Positions 29,333 to 40,251 are shown, counted from the first letter of the stretch. The stretch: 64,000 nt of DNA from Acidobacteriota bacterium (GCA_963664705.1 OY761556.1:4960001-5024000), one strand, 5' to 3'. Numbers and translations: made by a program. The notes: generated from the letters alone by a model not told the origin.

Positions 29333-30897
29333 GTGATACAAATTGGGACAATGAATGGCGCCCAAGTGTAAACCCATGGATCATCGCGGTATCGGTGATG
29401 CTGGCCACTTTTTTGGAGGCGCTGGATACAACGGTTGTCTCGGTTGCGCTTCCAAACATGGCCGGCGGCCTGGCCTCCACGAATGAGGAAGCCACCTGGG
29501 TTTTGACGAGCTATCTGGTGGCTAACGCAATTGTTTTGCCCGCAAGCAGCTGGTTTTCTCTGCGCTTTGGGCGAAAACGATTTCTACTGATCTGCACGGT
29601 GCTGTTTACGATCGGCTCCTTCCTTTGCGGCATTGCTCCTTCCATGCCAATCTTGATTATAGCTCGCCTGATGCAGGGAGCGGGTGGCGGAGCATTGCTG
29701 CCTCTTTCGCAAGCTATCCTGCTGGAAAGCTTCCCGCGAGAAAAGCATGGGATGGCGATGGCTGCCTTTGGAGTAGGAGTAATCGTGGCTCCTGTCATAG
29801 GCCCCGTCCTCGGCGGATGGCTGACCGACAACTATTCCTGGCGTTGGATGTTCTTTATCAACCTTCCCGTCGGAGCCCTTGCTCTATACATGATGTCTCG
29901 TTTTGTGGAGGATCCGCCTTACATAAAAAACGCTAAGCCTGGAAATATTGACGCCATCGGATTTTCGCTTTTGACAATCTGGCTGGCTACCTTTCAGATT
30001 GTCCTGGATAAAGGGCAGCAGGAAGACTGGTTTTCCAGCACCTGGATATCCTGGTTTACGCTCATTTCTGTTGCCGGGATGATCGCTTTGGTTATCCGGG
30101 AGATGAAATGTCCGGAACCTATAGTGGACTTGAGTGTCTTCAAGGATCTTAATTTCGCTATCTCGAATCTATTGTCGGCAGTAATTATGGCTGTAATGTA
30201 CAGCGCCATCGCCATGGTGCCCCTTTTTGTCCAGACCCTTCTCGGCTATACATCGCTTTCCTCCGGAATCGCCACTGCACCGAGAGGCCTGGGTGCCATG
30301 CTTGCAATGCCGGCTGTCGGCAAATTGATGTCGCATGTTGAAGGAAAGTGGTTGGTTATGGTGGGCGTGGTTTTAACCATTGTCTCCACATTCATGTTTG
30401 GCGGCATCAATCTCGATGTGGCGATGATTAGTTTGGTGTTACCCAATGTTCTACAAGGTTTTGGAATGGGGTTTGTGATGGTTCCGTTAATGGCTATGTC
30501 AGTGGGTACTCTTCCACAGGCAAAGATCGGAAATGCCAGCGGAATTTTCAACCTGAGCCGCAATCTGGCCGGAAGCATAGGAATTTCAATATCCACGACG
30601 GCGCTGGCGAGGTTATCCCAGGTAAACCAGGCAGAAATGGTAAGTCACTTGTCTCCGTATGAACCGGCCTTTCGGGAAAGACTTGGAGCCATGCAGGCCG
30701 GGCTGGCTTCCGTTACTGGTGCTCCACAGGCGCAAACTCAGGCTTATGCGGTACTCAATGGCATTCTGCTCCAGCAATCGACCCTGAAGGCCTTCATCGA
30801 CGTTTTCTCGTGGACTGCACTAATAACGGTGATCTGTATACCCGGGACGCTGTTGCTGAAAAAGTCGATCGCCAAGGAGAATATTTCGTTTCACTGA
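29329..30897 (+). CDS. DHA2-family MFS efflux permease (EmrB-like)
   Basis: LDTTVVSVALP, WVLTSYL, GPVLGG, WRWMFFINLPVG. Confidence 0.93.
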   Translation: MSDTNWDNEWRPSVNPWIIAVSVMLATFLEALDTTVVSVALPNMAGGLASTNEEATWVLTSYLVANAIVLPASSWFSLRFGRKRFLLICTVLFTIGSFLCGIAPSMPILIIARLMQGAGGGALLPLSQAILLESFPREKHGMAMAAFGVGVIVAPVIGPVLGGWLTDNYSWRWMFFINLPVGALALYMMSRFVEDPPYIKNAKPGNIDAIGFSLLTIWLATFQIVLDKGQQEDWFSSTWISWFTLISVAGMIALVIREMKCPEPIVDLSVFKDLNFAISNLLSAVIMAVMYSAIAMVPLFVQTLLGYTSLSSGIATAPRGLGAMLAMPAVGKLMSHVEGKWLVMVGVVLTIVSTFMFGGINLDVAMISLVLPNVLQGFGMGFVMVPLMAMSVGTLPQAKIGNASGIFNLSRNLAGSIGISISTTALARLSQVNQAEMVSHLSPYEPAFRERLGAMQAGLASVTGAPQAQTQAYAVLNGILLQQSTLKAFIDVFSWTALITVICIPGTLLLKKSIAKENISFH

Positions 30898-30920
30898 ACT
30901 AATCTGGCTCAGCATAACAT

Positions 30921-31030
30921 TCACTTCCTTTGCAGTATTGGATAGAGCACTCCCTCTTCGACGCGCAGAACCTTGCTGGACAAACCATGGATTCTTTGGG
31001 AGATGGCATAGCCGTCAGCGTGCTGAAGCG
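30921..31030 (-). pseudogene. PadR-family regulator fragment
   Basis: GYAISQRI...LRVEEGVLYPILQR matches the PadR core; both termini are missing. Confidence 0.6.
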
Positions 31031-31121
31031 CAGAACAATTAACTAAACGGTATCGAACGGCGTATAGACTTCGCCCAGGCTCGACCGCATGATCGCAAGC
31101 GTTGCGGCTTTCATACCCCAT

Positions 31122-32108
31122 TTAACGTGCTGGAAAATTCTTCCGTTCGATGGTCCACCTCTCATCCGTGCACAGGCCGCATCGGTCTCCGACAAAGCGG
31201 GCAGCGGCCTTGGCATCACCGCGCAATTGCCAGTTCAGCCAGTCCACCGCCACCTGCGCAGCAGCACCACCATTGGGCTCGTGATAGGTGCCCCCATGAC
31301 CTACAGGCAGGTTAGCCACCGCGACGGGAACATGGTCGATCAACTGGAAGTCTTCCATGCCATTTTTGTAGGCAACGTCGGTCGGCCCACCCAGTATGTA
31401 GAGAACGGGCGTGTGATAGGTCTTCACGGTCGACTTGGGCACCTTGAGGCCGGGCATAGTGGCGCGCTCACCGTCATAGGTGCCCGTGTTCTGCATGATC
31501 AAGGTCTTCACGCGCGGGTCCCCGGCGACCAGAGCCGCCTGCAGGCCTCCGCAACTGAAGCCCGAGACGGCCACCTGCCGCGGATCAATGCGCCCGAAAT
31601 ACGGGCTGCCCTGACGGGTGTTCTCGTTCAGCGCCCAGTCGATGGCTTTGGTGAGATCCGATGTTTCGGTGCGCGGGAAAGGCTTTTGCTCGGCGGCAGC
31701 TGCGTGTGCGCCCGGGCCGCTGAGTATGCGACCCGAGGCAATCACCAGATAACCGTGGGACGCCAGCTCGAGCAGATGAAAGCGGGTGCTGGCCGCATCA
31801 TCCGAACAGCCGCCGTTTCCCCACGCGACCACTCCCAGCTTTAGCGAACCCATCGCCGCCAAGTTGGCCGGTCGATACACCACATGCCGTGAGAGCGCGG
31901 GAATCTCCTCCTTCATCGCCGGGTAGGCGCCGGTTCCCGGGGTGTCTGGACTGTTGTTCTGCCCCGCTCCCGGCGGGCCCATCGCTGCCCGATTGGCCCC
32001 ATCGACACGGGGCGCAGGTGGCTGCTGGGAAGTGACTGTCTGCGCGCCGAGCAGAGCGCCAGTCAGGACCATGACGGTTATCACACGGTTTGCTGCGCGA
32101 ATGATCAT
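31122..32108 (-). CDS. secreted alpha/beta hydrolase
   Basis: signal peptide; WGNGGC, LASHGYLV, GFSCGG nucleophile, GHGGT. Confidence 0.82.
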   Translation of the reverse strand: MIIRAANRVITVMVLTGALLGAQTVTSQQPPAPRVDGANRAAMGPPGAGQNNSPDTPGTGAYPAMKEEIPALSRHVVYRPANLAAMGSLKLGVVAWGNGGCSDDAASTRFHLLELASHGYLVIASGRILSGPGAHAAAAEQKPFPRTETSDLTKAIDWALNENTRQGSPYFGRIDPRQVAVSGFSCGGLQAALVAGDPRVKTLIMQNTGTYDGERATMPGLKVPKSTVKTYHTPVLYILGGPTDVAYKNGMEDFQLIDHVPVAVANLPVGHGGTYHEPNGGAAAQVAVDWLNWQLRGDAKAAARFVGDRCGLCTDERWTIERKNFPAR

Positions 32109-32497
32109 TGATAGCCCCCAATGTGTATTGCCGCCCGGATTGCAAGGCGGATATTTCCACCATATTTGATGATAGGAAGAATCAACATATTTTCAGAAGC
32201 CTAATCGCCTCTTCCTGGGCCGCTTCTGGACCTTTGAGCGGCTTTACCCCCCGATTGTACTCTGCTCGTTAAAAAGCCCACCTATGGAAATTGCATCTGG
32301 CGAAATCCAGCCGGCCCCTCCCTCCTGGCTGTATATGATTTACAAATGCCCGGGTCTTTCTGGGTCATTCCGAGTTTCACAACAAAATTTGACCTTCTTG
32401 CATCCATTTGGGAACTGTAAAGACCAATATCTCCCGGGGAGTCGCAAAGATGAGGGTTTGCTTTCCGATTGCAGGAATTCCAACTGAGGGTGCAGTC

Positions 32498-32860
32498 ATG
32501 CAGGATGAATTTGACAGGAATTTGCGGCTTCTGTTTGAGGAACAGAGTCGAAAACTGCCTGAAGAGCCATTTCTCAGCAAAATGCTCCTAACAATAAGGA
32601 GTCAGCAATCACAGCGAACTTTTATCAAGCAGATGCTTATTCCCTTGCTGGGATTTGCTATTTGCGCTCTTCTGTCCCCCCTTCTTATCAGGAGTTCCCT
32701 GCTGTTATCCAACTATCTGAACACGATGATTGATGCCGCAGGAGGTTTAATGGATAAACCCACCGCAATATGGACCGGACTCTTATCCTGCATACTTCTG
32801 CTCTGGCTTTTGAAACGAAGGCTGTTTCTGCTTTTGTACAGAGTATCCATGCTTATTTGA
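32498..32860 (+). CDS. hypothetical membrane protein (anti-sigma-like), preceded by an ECF sigma C-terminal remnant
   Basis: GAGGG upstream of ATG 32498; two TM helices; upstream in-frame LGTVKTNISRG resembles sigma region 4. Confidence 0.55.
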   Translation: MQDEFDRNLRLLFEEQSRKLPEEPFLSKMLLTIRSQQSQRTFIKQMLIPLLGFAICALLSPLLIRSSLLLSNYLNTMIDAAGGLMDKPTAIWTGLLSCILLLWLLKRRLFLLLYRVSMLI

Positions 32861-33100
32861 GACTGAGAATGACGAACCATTAAGCCTCCCCGCAACCAAC
32901 CCTATTACAAAACCGAATCAATACTGGCCTGAAGTCATTGGTATCCTGAACCGCGCGGGTGACGCCCCCCCCCTCCTGTGAATTTGTATTGCTAACATGA
33001 CATTGACGTGCTAATTATACATAGAATTGTTATCACGACACTGGTTGTTATAAACAACAATTCAACATTAATCTGTATGTTCACACGGAGGGGGCAGAGG

Positions 33101-33310
33101 ATGAAGCTGAGTGCGCGTAATGTCCTCAGATGCAAAGTGAAGAAAGTCAACCCGGGGGCCGTAAATACCGAGGTCATACTGGAATTTTCAAATTCAGCCG
33201 AGATAGTTTCGATAATAACGAAAGAATCTGCGGAAAATTTGGGCTTGGCTCCGGGCAAAGATGCCTATGCCGTCGTAAAAGCCTCCAATGTCATGATTGC
33301 GGTAGACTAG
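33101..33310 (+). CDS. molybdate/tungstate-binding Mop (TOBE) protein
   Basis: MKLSARN...GAVNTEV...SIITKES...VKASNVMI; 69 aa. Confidence 0.92.
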   Translation: MKLSARNVLRCKVKKVNPGAVNTEVILEFSNSAEIVSIITKESAENLGLAPGKDAYAVVKASNVMIAVD

Positions 33311-33476
33311 AAAAGATGATTACCGCCGATCCGGCCTGTGGCTGAAATGCCAAGTGCCCCGCTTTATTTTTGCAGGGCCGTCCTCAGCATCGCCCTACCG
33401 TATACAGTACAGGTTCTTTCCCTTAAGCCGCCTGGGGGGTTTAATGCAATCCTTGTTTCTCAGTGGGAGTAGCGCA

Positions 33477-36400
33477 ATGTCACGTTCAGTTGTTCGATCT
33501 ATTATGATTGCCTTTGCTCTTGGGCTAATAGCTTTGGTGCAAATAGAGCCCGCCTTCGCCCAGGCCGCTCGAGGAAATATAAGCGGCGAGGTGCTCGATC
33601 CATCCGGTTCAGTTATTCCCAATGTCGAGGTCAAGCTGGTCGAGGTCCGCACCAACCAGGAGCATGCGGGAAAAACTGACAATGCGGGGTTTTACACGAT
33701 CTTGAATTTAGTGCCCGGCTCCTACAGTCTGATTATAGAAACGGCCGGCTTCAAAAAGTTCACCAATGAAGGAATAGTACTTGCCACGGGCGAGAAGCTC
33801 CGCGTGGATGCAAAGTTGGCTGTTGGCCCTGTCAGCGAAACAGTCTTGGTTGCAGCAGATGCTCCTTTGCTGAGAACCGAGGACGGAAGTCTCGGTCAAG
33901 TCATCCCCAACCGCACGATAATCGAGTTGCCTCTGAACGGTAGAAACTTTCTGGGTTTGGTGGGTCTGGCTGCGGGAGTTGCAAATCCGCCCAATTCCTT
34001 AACGCCGCGAATCAACGGGGGCCGACCCAGAGTAAACGAATATCTATATGATGGAATTTCAGTGCTGCTGCCTGAGCCTGGCCAAGTCGCTTTATACCCG
34101 ATCATAGAAGCAATCCAGGAATTCAAGCTGGAGACGAACAGCCCATCGGCCGAGTTCGGGAGGTTTAATGGCGGGATTGTGAACCTGACCACAAAATCAG
34201 GAACCAATCAATTCCATGGCTCTGCATTTGAATTCTTCAGGAATGAAGTATTGAATGCTCGAAATCTGTTTGCTCCCGCGACTGCAGTCAACCCTGATAA
34301 ACCGGTATTTCGCCGCAACCAGTTTGGAGGCGTTTTGGGCGGCCCAATCGTCGGCGACAGGACCTTCTTTTTCGTCGATTATCAGGGAACCCGTCAATTG
34401 ATTAACCGTGTTCGGACGTCAACCGTGCCAACGCTGCTGCAGCGGCGGGGAATCTTCACTGAGAAAATCAGCGGGGTTGTTCCGACTATCTACGATCCCG
34501 CAACGACAGCCCCGAAGCCGGGCGGAGGCTTTACGCGAACTCCCTTTAAGGACAATACATTGACTTATATGGACTCCGTGGCGGTCCAGTTGTTGAATCG
34601 CTTTCCACTGCCGACTTCAAGTGGAACGGCAAACAATTATGTGAGAAGTGGCAATGAACCGGACAACCTTGATCAATTCGACCTTCGAATCGACCAGGCA
34701 TTCTCAACCCAGGATCATCTCTTTGGGCGATACTCCTATTCGATGGATAAGTCGAACCCCGTAACTCCTCTTCCTGAAGGCAGCGGGAACCTGACTTCAG
34801 GTTTCACAGGAAACAACAGCACGCTGGGGCAGTCCTTCGCCGCCGGCTTTATGCATTCCTTCAGTACGAGGACGGCAAACGAGTTGAGAATCGGATACAC
34901 GAGGCGTGCGGTTACCCAGGCCGGGACAGAACTCGATTCGCCTCCATCTCAGTCTATTTCGCTCCCGGGTCTTCCCGGTAATGCAGCTTTTTCAAACATC
35001 CTTCCAACATTCACGATCAACGGCATTCAGCAACTGGGATCTCCTTCCAGTGCCTCATTGGAATCCCGCACAGATGTCACCGAGATCATTGATATGCTCT
35101 CATTCTGGCGCGGAAGGCACACGATCAAGGCGGGCCTGGATTTTCGATGGGAGAGATTGGATATCATTCAGCCTCCGCAACCTACGGGAGTCTTCAACTT
35201 CAGCACTCTCTTCACAGACCTTCCCGGGGTTTCAGGTACTGGCAACGCGCTGGCCAGTTTCCTTTTGGGCCAGGTGAATACCTTCTCCATCGACCTGCAA
35301 CAGAAAGTCATCCGTCCCAGGGCTCACATCCAGGAGTACTTCATTCAGGACGACTGGAAAGCCACCCGCAATTTGACGGTCAACGCGGGCCTGCGCTATA
35401 CCCTGAATTTCCCTTCCACGGAAGTGGATAATCAAGGCGCCGTATTCAACCTTTCGACTCAACAGCTGGACTACCTCGGCCAGAACAGCTTTCCTGAATC
35501 CGCCAGAAAGCTCCATAAAGCCAACTTCGGCCCACGGCTCGGATTGGCCTATCGCATCGGCGACAAGACAGTCGTGCGGTCAGGCTATGCGCTGGTCTGG
35601 ATTGAACAGTCCGGCATCACGACTCCTTTTACCAATCCGCAGTTTCCGTACATTCAGACTGCCACAAACCGAACCTTGGACAATGTCAACCCGGCTTTTG
35701 TTTTAGCCAAGGGACCCAGCGTTCCGCCGGCTTCTCTCACACCCGATGCCGCCTTGGGGCAGGGAGCATTCACGGTTGATCGCAGCTTGGGTTCGGGTTA
35801 TGTGCAGCAATGGAACCTGACAATCGAGCGGGAAATCGCAAATAATCTTGTTTTCGGGATAGCTTATTCGGGCAACAAAATAACCCACATCGGAATCCCG
35901 GATACCAATATCAATCAGCTCACCATGGACCAGCTCAAACAGGGAAACGCGCTGCTGGTGAATGTTGCGAATCCTTACTATGGCCAAATCCCACGGCAAT
36001 CATCGCTGGGGAATCCGACGATATCCACGGCTCAGTTGCAAAAACCATATCCTAGGTTTACGACGGTCAGCTTCTTCCGAAACAATGTGGGCAATTCCAA
36101 CTACAACTCGATGCAGGTAAAGCTCGAGCGGCGCGCGGCAAAAGGGCTCGCTTTTCTCGTCAGCTACACTCGCTCAAAACTGCTGGATGATGCATCCTCC
36201 GTGTTCAGCAACACAATCTTCACAGGACCGGTAGCCAATTATCCGGTAGCTGACAGCTACAACCGGCACCTCGAGAGAGATGTCTCCACCGGCGACATTC
36301 CGAATGTCTTCTCCACAAGCGTAACCTACGACCTGCCATTGGGTCCCGGATACAGCCTCGCAAAGGCAGGGCTGGCGGGGAAACTGGTCGGCGGGTGGAA

Positions 36401-36827
36401 GATAAACACGATTATTTCTGTTCAATCAGGCATACCGTTGGCTCTTACCCAGGCCACGAATAACAATGCTTTTGCAGGCTTCGGCGTTCAACGCCCGAAC
36501 CTGGTCGGGAATCCGGTTCTGAATGACCCGGGCACGGCAATGTGGTTTAACACGGCTGCATTTCAGGCAGCGTCGCAGTTCACGATTGGAACCGCTTCAA
36601 GAAATCCGGTTCGCGGGCCGGGAGTTCGCAATATGGATCTGTCGTTGATCAAGATGACGAGATTGCAGGAAAAACTGAATATGGAGTTTCGCGCTGAGTT
36701 CTTCAACTTCACCAACACACCGCCACTGGGCGCTCCGGCTGTTGTGCTTGGCAATGCGGGATTTGGAACAATCACTTCCGCGGGTGATCCCCGAGTAGTC
36801 CAATTCGGTATGAAGCTTACGTTCTAG
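33477..36827 (+). CDS. TonB-dependent receptor (acidobacterial type, carboxypeptidase-regulatory-like N-terminal domain)
   Basis: LPLNGRNF, SAEFGR, TKSGTNQFHG, QDDWK, FRAEFFN, terminal Phe. Confidence 0.92.
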   Translation: MSRSVVRSIMIAFALGLIALVQIEPAFAQAARGNISGEVLDPSGSVIPNVEVKLVEVRTNQEHAGKTDNAGFYTILNLVPGSYSLIIETAGFKKFTNEGIVLATGEKLRVDAKLAVGPVSETVLVAADAPLLRTEDGSLGQVIPNRTIIELPLNGRNFLGLVGLAAGVANPPNSLTPRINGGRPRVNEYLYDGISVLLPEPGQVALYPIIEAIQEFKLETNSPSAEFGRFNGGIVNLTTKSGTNQFHGSAFEFFRNEVLNARNLFAPATAVNPDKPVFRRNQFGGVLGGPIVGDRTFFFVDYQGTRQLINRVRTSTVPTLLQRRGIFTEKISGVVPTIYDPATTAPKPGGGFTRTPFKDNTLTYMDSVAVQLLNRFPLPTSSGTANNYVRSGNEPDNLDQFDLRIDQAFSTQDHLFGRYSYSMDKSNPVTPLPEGSGNLTSGFTGNNSTLGQSFAAGFMHSFSTRTANELRIGYTRRAVTQAGTELDSPPSQSISLPGLPGNAAFSNILPTFTINGIQQLGSPSSASLESRTDVTEIIDMLSFWRGRHTIKAGLDFRWERLDIIQPPQPTGVFNFSTLFTDLPGVSGTGNALASFLLGQVNTFSIDLQQKVIRPRAHIQEYFIQDDWKATRNLTVNAGLRYTLNFPSTEVDNQGAVFNLSTQQLDYLGQNSFPESARKLHKANFGPRLGLAYRIGDKTVVRSGYALVWIEQSGITTPFTNPQFPYIQTATNRTLDNVNPAFVLAKGPSVPPASLTPDAALGQGAFTVDRSLGSGYVQQWNLTIEREIANNLVFGIAYSGNKITHIGIPDTNINQLTMDQLKQGNALLVNVANPYYGQIPRQSSLGNPTISTAQLQKPYPRFTTVSFFRNNVGNSNYNSMQVKLERRAAKGLAFLVSYTRSKLLDDASSVFSNTIFTGPVANYPVADSYNRHLERDVSTGDIPNVFSTSVTYDLPLGPGYSLAKAGLAGKLVGGWKINTIISVQSGIPLALTQATNNNAFAGFGVQRPNLVGNPVLNDPGTAMWFNTAAFQAASQFTIGTASRNPVRGPGVRNMDLSLIKMTRLQEKLNMEFRAEFFNFTNTPPLGAPAVVLGNAGFGTITSAGDPRVVQFGMKLTF

Positions 36828-36847
36828 GCAGGAAGTAAATAGAGCCT

Positions 36848-36882
36848 CTGTACCGGTGGTTTCGCATACCGCCGGTACAGAT
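36848..36882. terminator. hairpin between convergent genes
   Basis: CTGTACCGGTGG...CCGCCGGTACAG inverted repeat; no clear U-tract. Confidence 0.55.
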
Positions 36883-37002
36883 ACAGCCGATCTCACCAAA
36901 GCCTATTTCCGATTTGGCATTAATGGCTGAAGCGAGCCATCTCACTCCCGCTTGGTACCCTTTGCATCACAGATCATGAAACCAGCGTCATGAGAAAGAA
37001 CC

Positions 37003-38103
37003 TTATCGCCGTCTATTGGCAAAATGCCTTGAATCGCCCCATTCGCCGTAGGCAATCGTGTCTCCCGCCATAGCTATGCGGGATTCAAGGCACATTTTAC
37101 ATGCGTCGGCTTCTTCATCCAGGCATGGCTTATTTTCATACAGCAGATAATCTCTGCGATATTTCGTTGGCGTCAGATTGGGCATTATGACATTGGCACC
37201 CACCCGTAGCGCCTTTTCCCTTCCTATCGGATCGAGGGTTTGCATGGCCGTGGTTGCCGCAATGTTTATATCCTTCATCATGACGCGAAGGATCGCAATC
37301 ATCCTCAGCGACAACTGAAATCTCTCTGTTCCGGAGAGGAGCTCATTTCGATATTGATATAGCGGCGTGCCCTGGTGCTCGATATAGGGCCCCATCCCGA
37401 CCATATCCACATCCAGATCACGAAAGAAAATCAGATCATCTGCAAGATCGGATATTTTCTGAAAAGGCAAACCGATCATCACTCCAGTGCCCACCTGGTA
37501 ACCGACTTTCTTCAGCGCCGCTAGTGCATCCAGTCGTGATTGGTATCTATGGTTATCGTCGGAGGGATGAAGCCTGCGATACAGCTCCGGATTCGAGACT
37601 TCAATCCGCAAAAGATATCTGTGGGCGCCGGCATCCAGCCAGCGCTGATACGTCTCAAGCGTCTGCTCTCCCAACGAAAGCGTAACGTGCAGCTCATTCC
37701 GAACCATTCGCTGAATGGATCGGATCAGATTCTCGATTCGGGAAATGAATCCAGGGTCCTTGCGTTCGCCTGATTGTATGACAATGGAAGCAAAGCCGTT
37801 CTCCGAGGCATACCTTGCTGCCTGCAGGACTTCCTCATCTGTCATTTCATACCGCGCATTGTCCGGATTCCCGGCGCGGATACCGCAATAAAAACAGTTC
37901 TTTGCGCAATAGCTGGAATATTCAATGAGCCCGCAAAAAAAGACTTTATTGCCTACATAGCGCGCCTTGGTCTCCGAGGCTCTCTGGTAGATTGGGAAGG
38001 CATGATCCTCTCCGGCAGAAAGCAACATAACAATATCTTCTTTGGTAAGAAGATCCTTCTCAAGAATGTCCTTTATTTCCTTAAGCATGGGGAATTGTCG
38101 CAT
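37003..38103 (-). CDS. hydE: HydE-family radical SAM protein
   Basis: GLIEYSSYCAKNCFYCG, RYLLRIE, VGTGVMIGLP, GANVIMPN, YLLYENKPC; start may be 38088. Confidence 0.85.
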   Translation of the reverse strand: MRQFPMLKEIKDILEKDLLTKEDIVMLLSAGEDHAFPIYQRASETKARYVGNKVFFCGLIEYSSYCAKNCFYCGIRAGNPDNARYEMTDEEVLQAARYASENGFASIVIQSGERKDPGFISRIENLIRSIQRMVRNELHVTLSLGEQTLETYQRWLDAGAHRYLLRIEVSNPELYRRLHPSDDNHRYQSRLDALAALKKVGYQVGTGVMIGLPFQKISDLADDLIFFRDLDVDMVGMGPYIEHQGTPLYQYRNELLSGTERFQLSLRMIAILRVMMKDINIAATTAMQTLDPIGREKALRVGANVIMPNLTPTKYRRDYLLYENKPCLDEEADACKMCLESRIAMAGDTIAYGEWGDSRHFANRRR

Positions 38104-38175
38104 GGAAGTGAGTTCGCGTGAAGAGCGGCCGGCAGGAAACTTCAAACTGGATTGACCTGGCGGACCGCGTAAAGG

Positions 38176-38358
38176 CTATGAACGCTTGTCGAATCGAAAG
38201 CGCTCCTTCCGTTCAATCTGCACGACCTTTGAGTCGTGTACTGTAATTTCGACAGACCCATATCGAAGACCCTTTATGGCCTGCAGTATTTTCCGTTCCA
38301 CATTTCGATCGGACTCACCGGGAATCAGCGCCTCCATACGAGTTATTTCATCGGGCAT
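38176..38358 (-). CDS. YezD/DUF2292-family small protein
   Basis: LRYGSVEITVHDSKVVQIERKERFR; this family typically lies beside sulfur-assimilation genes. Confidence 0.88.
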   Translation of the reverse strand: MPDEITRMEALIPGESDRNVERKILQAIKGLRYGSVEITVHDSKVVQIERKERFRFDKRS

Positions 38359-38467
38359 TTTTGCCTCCTATCTGTGATTCGCAAAACTGCAGGCCCAGAC
38401 AGAATGGGAAATCACCTATCTGCCTAGACCCCATATGTATCGAAGAAAACGCTAAGCTCGGTTTACG

Positions 38468-39763
38468 CTATTCCTGAGATACCCGCAGTGCCTGATGGAA
38501 ATCCTCGCGAATGTCCTCAATGTCCTCGATCCCCACGGAAACGCGGATATACTCCGGGGTGACACCGGTTTCGATCTGCTCTTTGTCGGTCAACTGTGAA
38601 TGTGTGGTCGAGGCAGGGTGAATCACGAGAGTTTTGGCATCTCCCACATTGGCCAGGTGGCTTGCCAGGGTGACATTATTAATAAATTTGACACCGGCTT
38701 GCTGTCCGCCACGAATCCCAAATCCCAGAATTGCGCCTGGACCTTGAGGCAGATAATGCTGAGCCAGCGAGTGATGTTTATGGTTTTCAAGACCGGGATA
38801 ATTGACCCAAACAACCGACGGCTGCTTCTGAAGCCATTGCGCTAATGCAAGCGCGTTCTGAGCATGGCGCTCCATTCGCAGAGGCAAGGTCTCGAGTCCA
38901 AGCAGGAAGAGAAATGCGGCAAAAGGACTCATGCAGCTGCCCGTATCGCGAAGCCAGTTAGTTCGAGCGTGAATGATGTAAGCAAGATTTCCAAGAGGCT
39001 TGAGTGCTTCGGTGAAAATGGCACCGTGATAAGCCTCATTCGGCTGGGTAAATTCAGGCCATTTCCTGGGATTGTTCTCCCAGAAGAACTTGCCACTATC
39101 CACGATAGCCCCTCCAATGTGGACACCATGGCCGCCGATAAACTTTGTGGTCGAATAGACGACAATATCGATGCCGTGCTCAATGGGACGAAGCAAGGCC
39201 GGAGTAACCGTGTTGTCCAGAACCACCGGAAGGCCGTGCTTATGCGCAATATCTGAAATCTTTTTAAAATCAGGCACGTCATTTTTCGGATTACCAATGG
39301 ACTCCAGATAGACAAGCCGCGTTTGGTCATCAACAAGTTTGGAGATTTGTTCCGGATGGTCCGGGTCAAAAAAGCGAACCTCAATACCAAGCTTCTTCAA
39401 AGTCTGGGTGAAAAGTGTCCATGTGCCTCCATATAGGCTTGTGGATGAAATATAGTTCTGGCCTGAATGGGTGATCGTCAAGATCGCGGCAGTAATCGCC
39501 GCCTGCCCACTGGAAAAAGCCAATGCCCCGATGCCTCCCTCAAGCGCCGCTAGTCTTTTTTCAAGAACGTCGTTGGTCGGATTCATGAGTCGTGAATAGA
39601 TATTGCCGAACTCACGTAATGCAAATAAATTCGCCGCATGATCCGTGTCTTTGAAAACATAGCTGCTGGTTGCATATATAGGCACGGCACGGGCTGTAGT
39701 CGTGGGATCGGGCTCTTGTCCCGCATGCAACGCGAGGGTACTCAGTCGATAATTAGCGCTCAT
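38468..39763 (-). CDS. metY: O-acetylhomoserine aminocarboxypropyltransferase / cysteine synthase
   Basis: [23 protein letters not shown] (PLP Lys), [15 protein letters not shown]. Confidence 0.93.
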   Translation of the reverse strand: MSANYRLSTLALHAGQEPDPTTTARAVPIYATSSYVFKDTDHAANLFALREFGNIYSRLMNPTNDVLEKRLAALEGGIGALAFSSGQAAITAAILTITHSGQNYISSTSLYGGTWTLFTQTLKKLGIEVRFFDPDHPEQISKLVDDQTRLVYLESIGNPKNDVPDFKKISDIAHKHGLPVVLDNTVTPALLRPIEHGIDIVVYSTTKFIGGHGVHIGGAIVDSGKFFWENNPRKWPEFTQPNEAYHGAIFTEALKPLGNLAYIIHARTNWLRDTGSCMSPFAAFLFLLGLETLPLRMERHAQNALALAQWLQKQPSVVWVNYPGLENHKHHSLAQHYLPQGPGAILGFGIRGGQQAGVKFINNVTLASHLANVGDAKTLVIHPASTTHSQLTDKEQIETGVTPEYIRVSVGIEDIEDIREDFHQALRVSQE

Positions 39764-39827
39764 TATTCGTCCCCTTTCAGTTCGTCTGATTTGAACTTTT
39801 GATAGATAGCTGCTGCGAATTCTCAAT

Positions 39828-39866
39828 AAAAAACAAAAAGCCCGTCGAATTTGTCTCGAAGGGCTT
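39828..39866 (-). terminator. intrinsic terminator (attenuator) in the metY leader
   Basis: minus strand AAGCCCtTCGA-gacaaat-TCGAcGGGCTT-TTTGTTTTTT, between the leader ORF and the metY start. Confidence 0.85.
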
Positions 39867-39897
39867 CGTCCGGCTTTGGGATTATTGAATTCCCTGA

Positions 39898-40005
39898 TTA
39901 TGGGAAAGTGCTGCTATGCGCCCCTCCGCAATATCCTGCCGGCGTTGCCGTTTGGTGTGATAGACAACAACAGGTCAGAGTTATTTGGAAAATTGCCTTC
40001 TGCAT
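39898..40005 (-). CDS. Cys-rich leader peptide L2, [35 protein letters not shown]
   Basis: AAAGGG upstream of ATG; TGT-TGT-TGT; terminator about 31 nt after the stop. Confidence 0.75.
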   Translation of the reverse strand: MQKAIFQITLTCCCLSHQTATPAGYCGGAHSSTFP

Positions 40006-40182
40006 CAGGATCAACCCTTTCAACAGCAATACTTTGCTACGATTGTCGCCAGCGCTCCGGCCGCAATGCGATTCAGTCACTAAGGTGCGTTCAAAACGGT
40101 TTATGTGATTATGTTATCGATGGAGGAGGTTTGGCCGACCGGCGAATTTTATTGGAATAGCGCTGCTTGGTCCACGCCGCTA

Positions 40183-40251
40183 TTACGCCGTCGGCGTGCT
40201 ACAACAGCAGGGAAAAATCAAAGGCAGTTCTTCTAAGCATCCCAAATTCAT
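40183..40251 (-). CDS. Cys-rich leader peptide L1, MNLGCLEELPLIFPCCCSTPTA (probably leaderless)
   Basis: TGC-TGT-TGT; ATG lies 6 nt after the -10 box of TTGACA-N17-TATTTT. Confidence 0.7.
   Translation of the reverse strand: MNLGCLEELPLIFPCCCSTPTA

Noticed and set aside
39780-40250. SAM riboswitch or T-box upstream of metY
   Set aside because: No SAM-I core or T-box consensus recognised by eye; leader peptides explain the terminator better (an Rfam scan would settle it)
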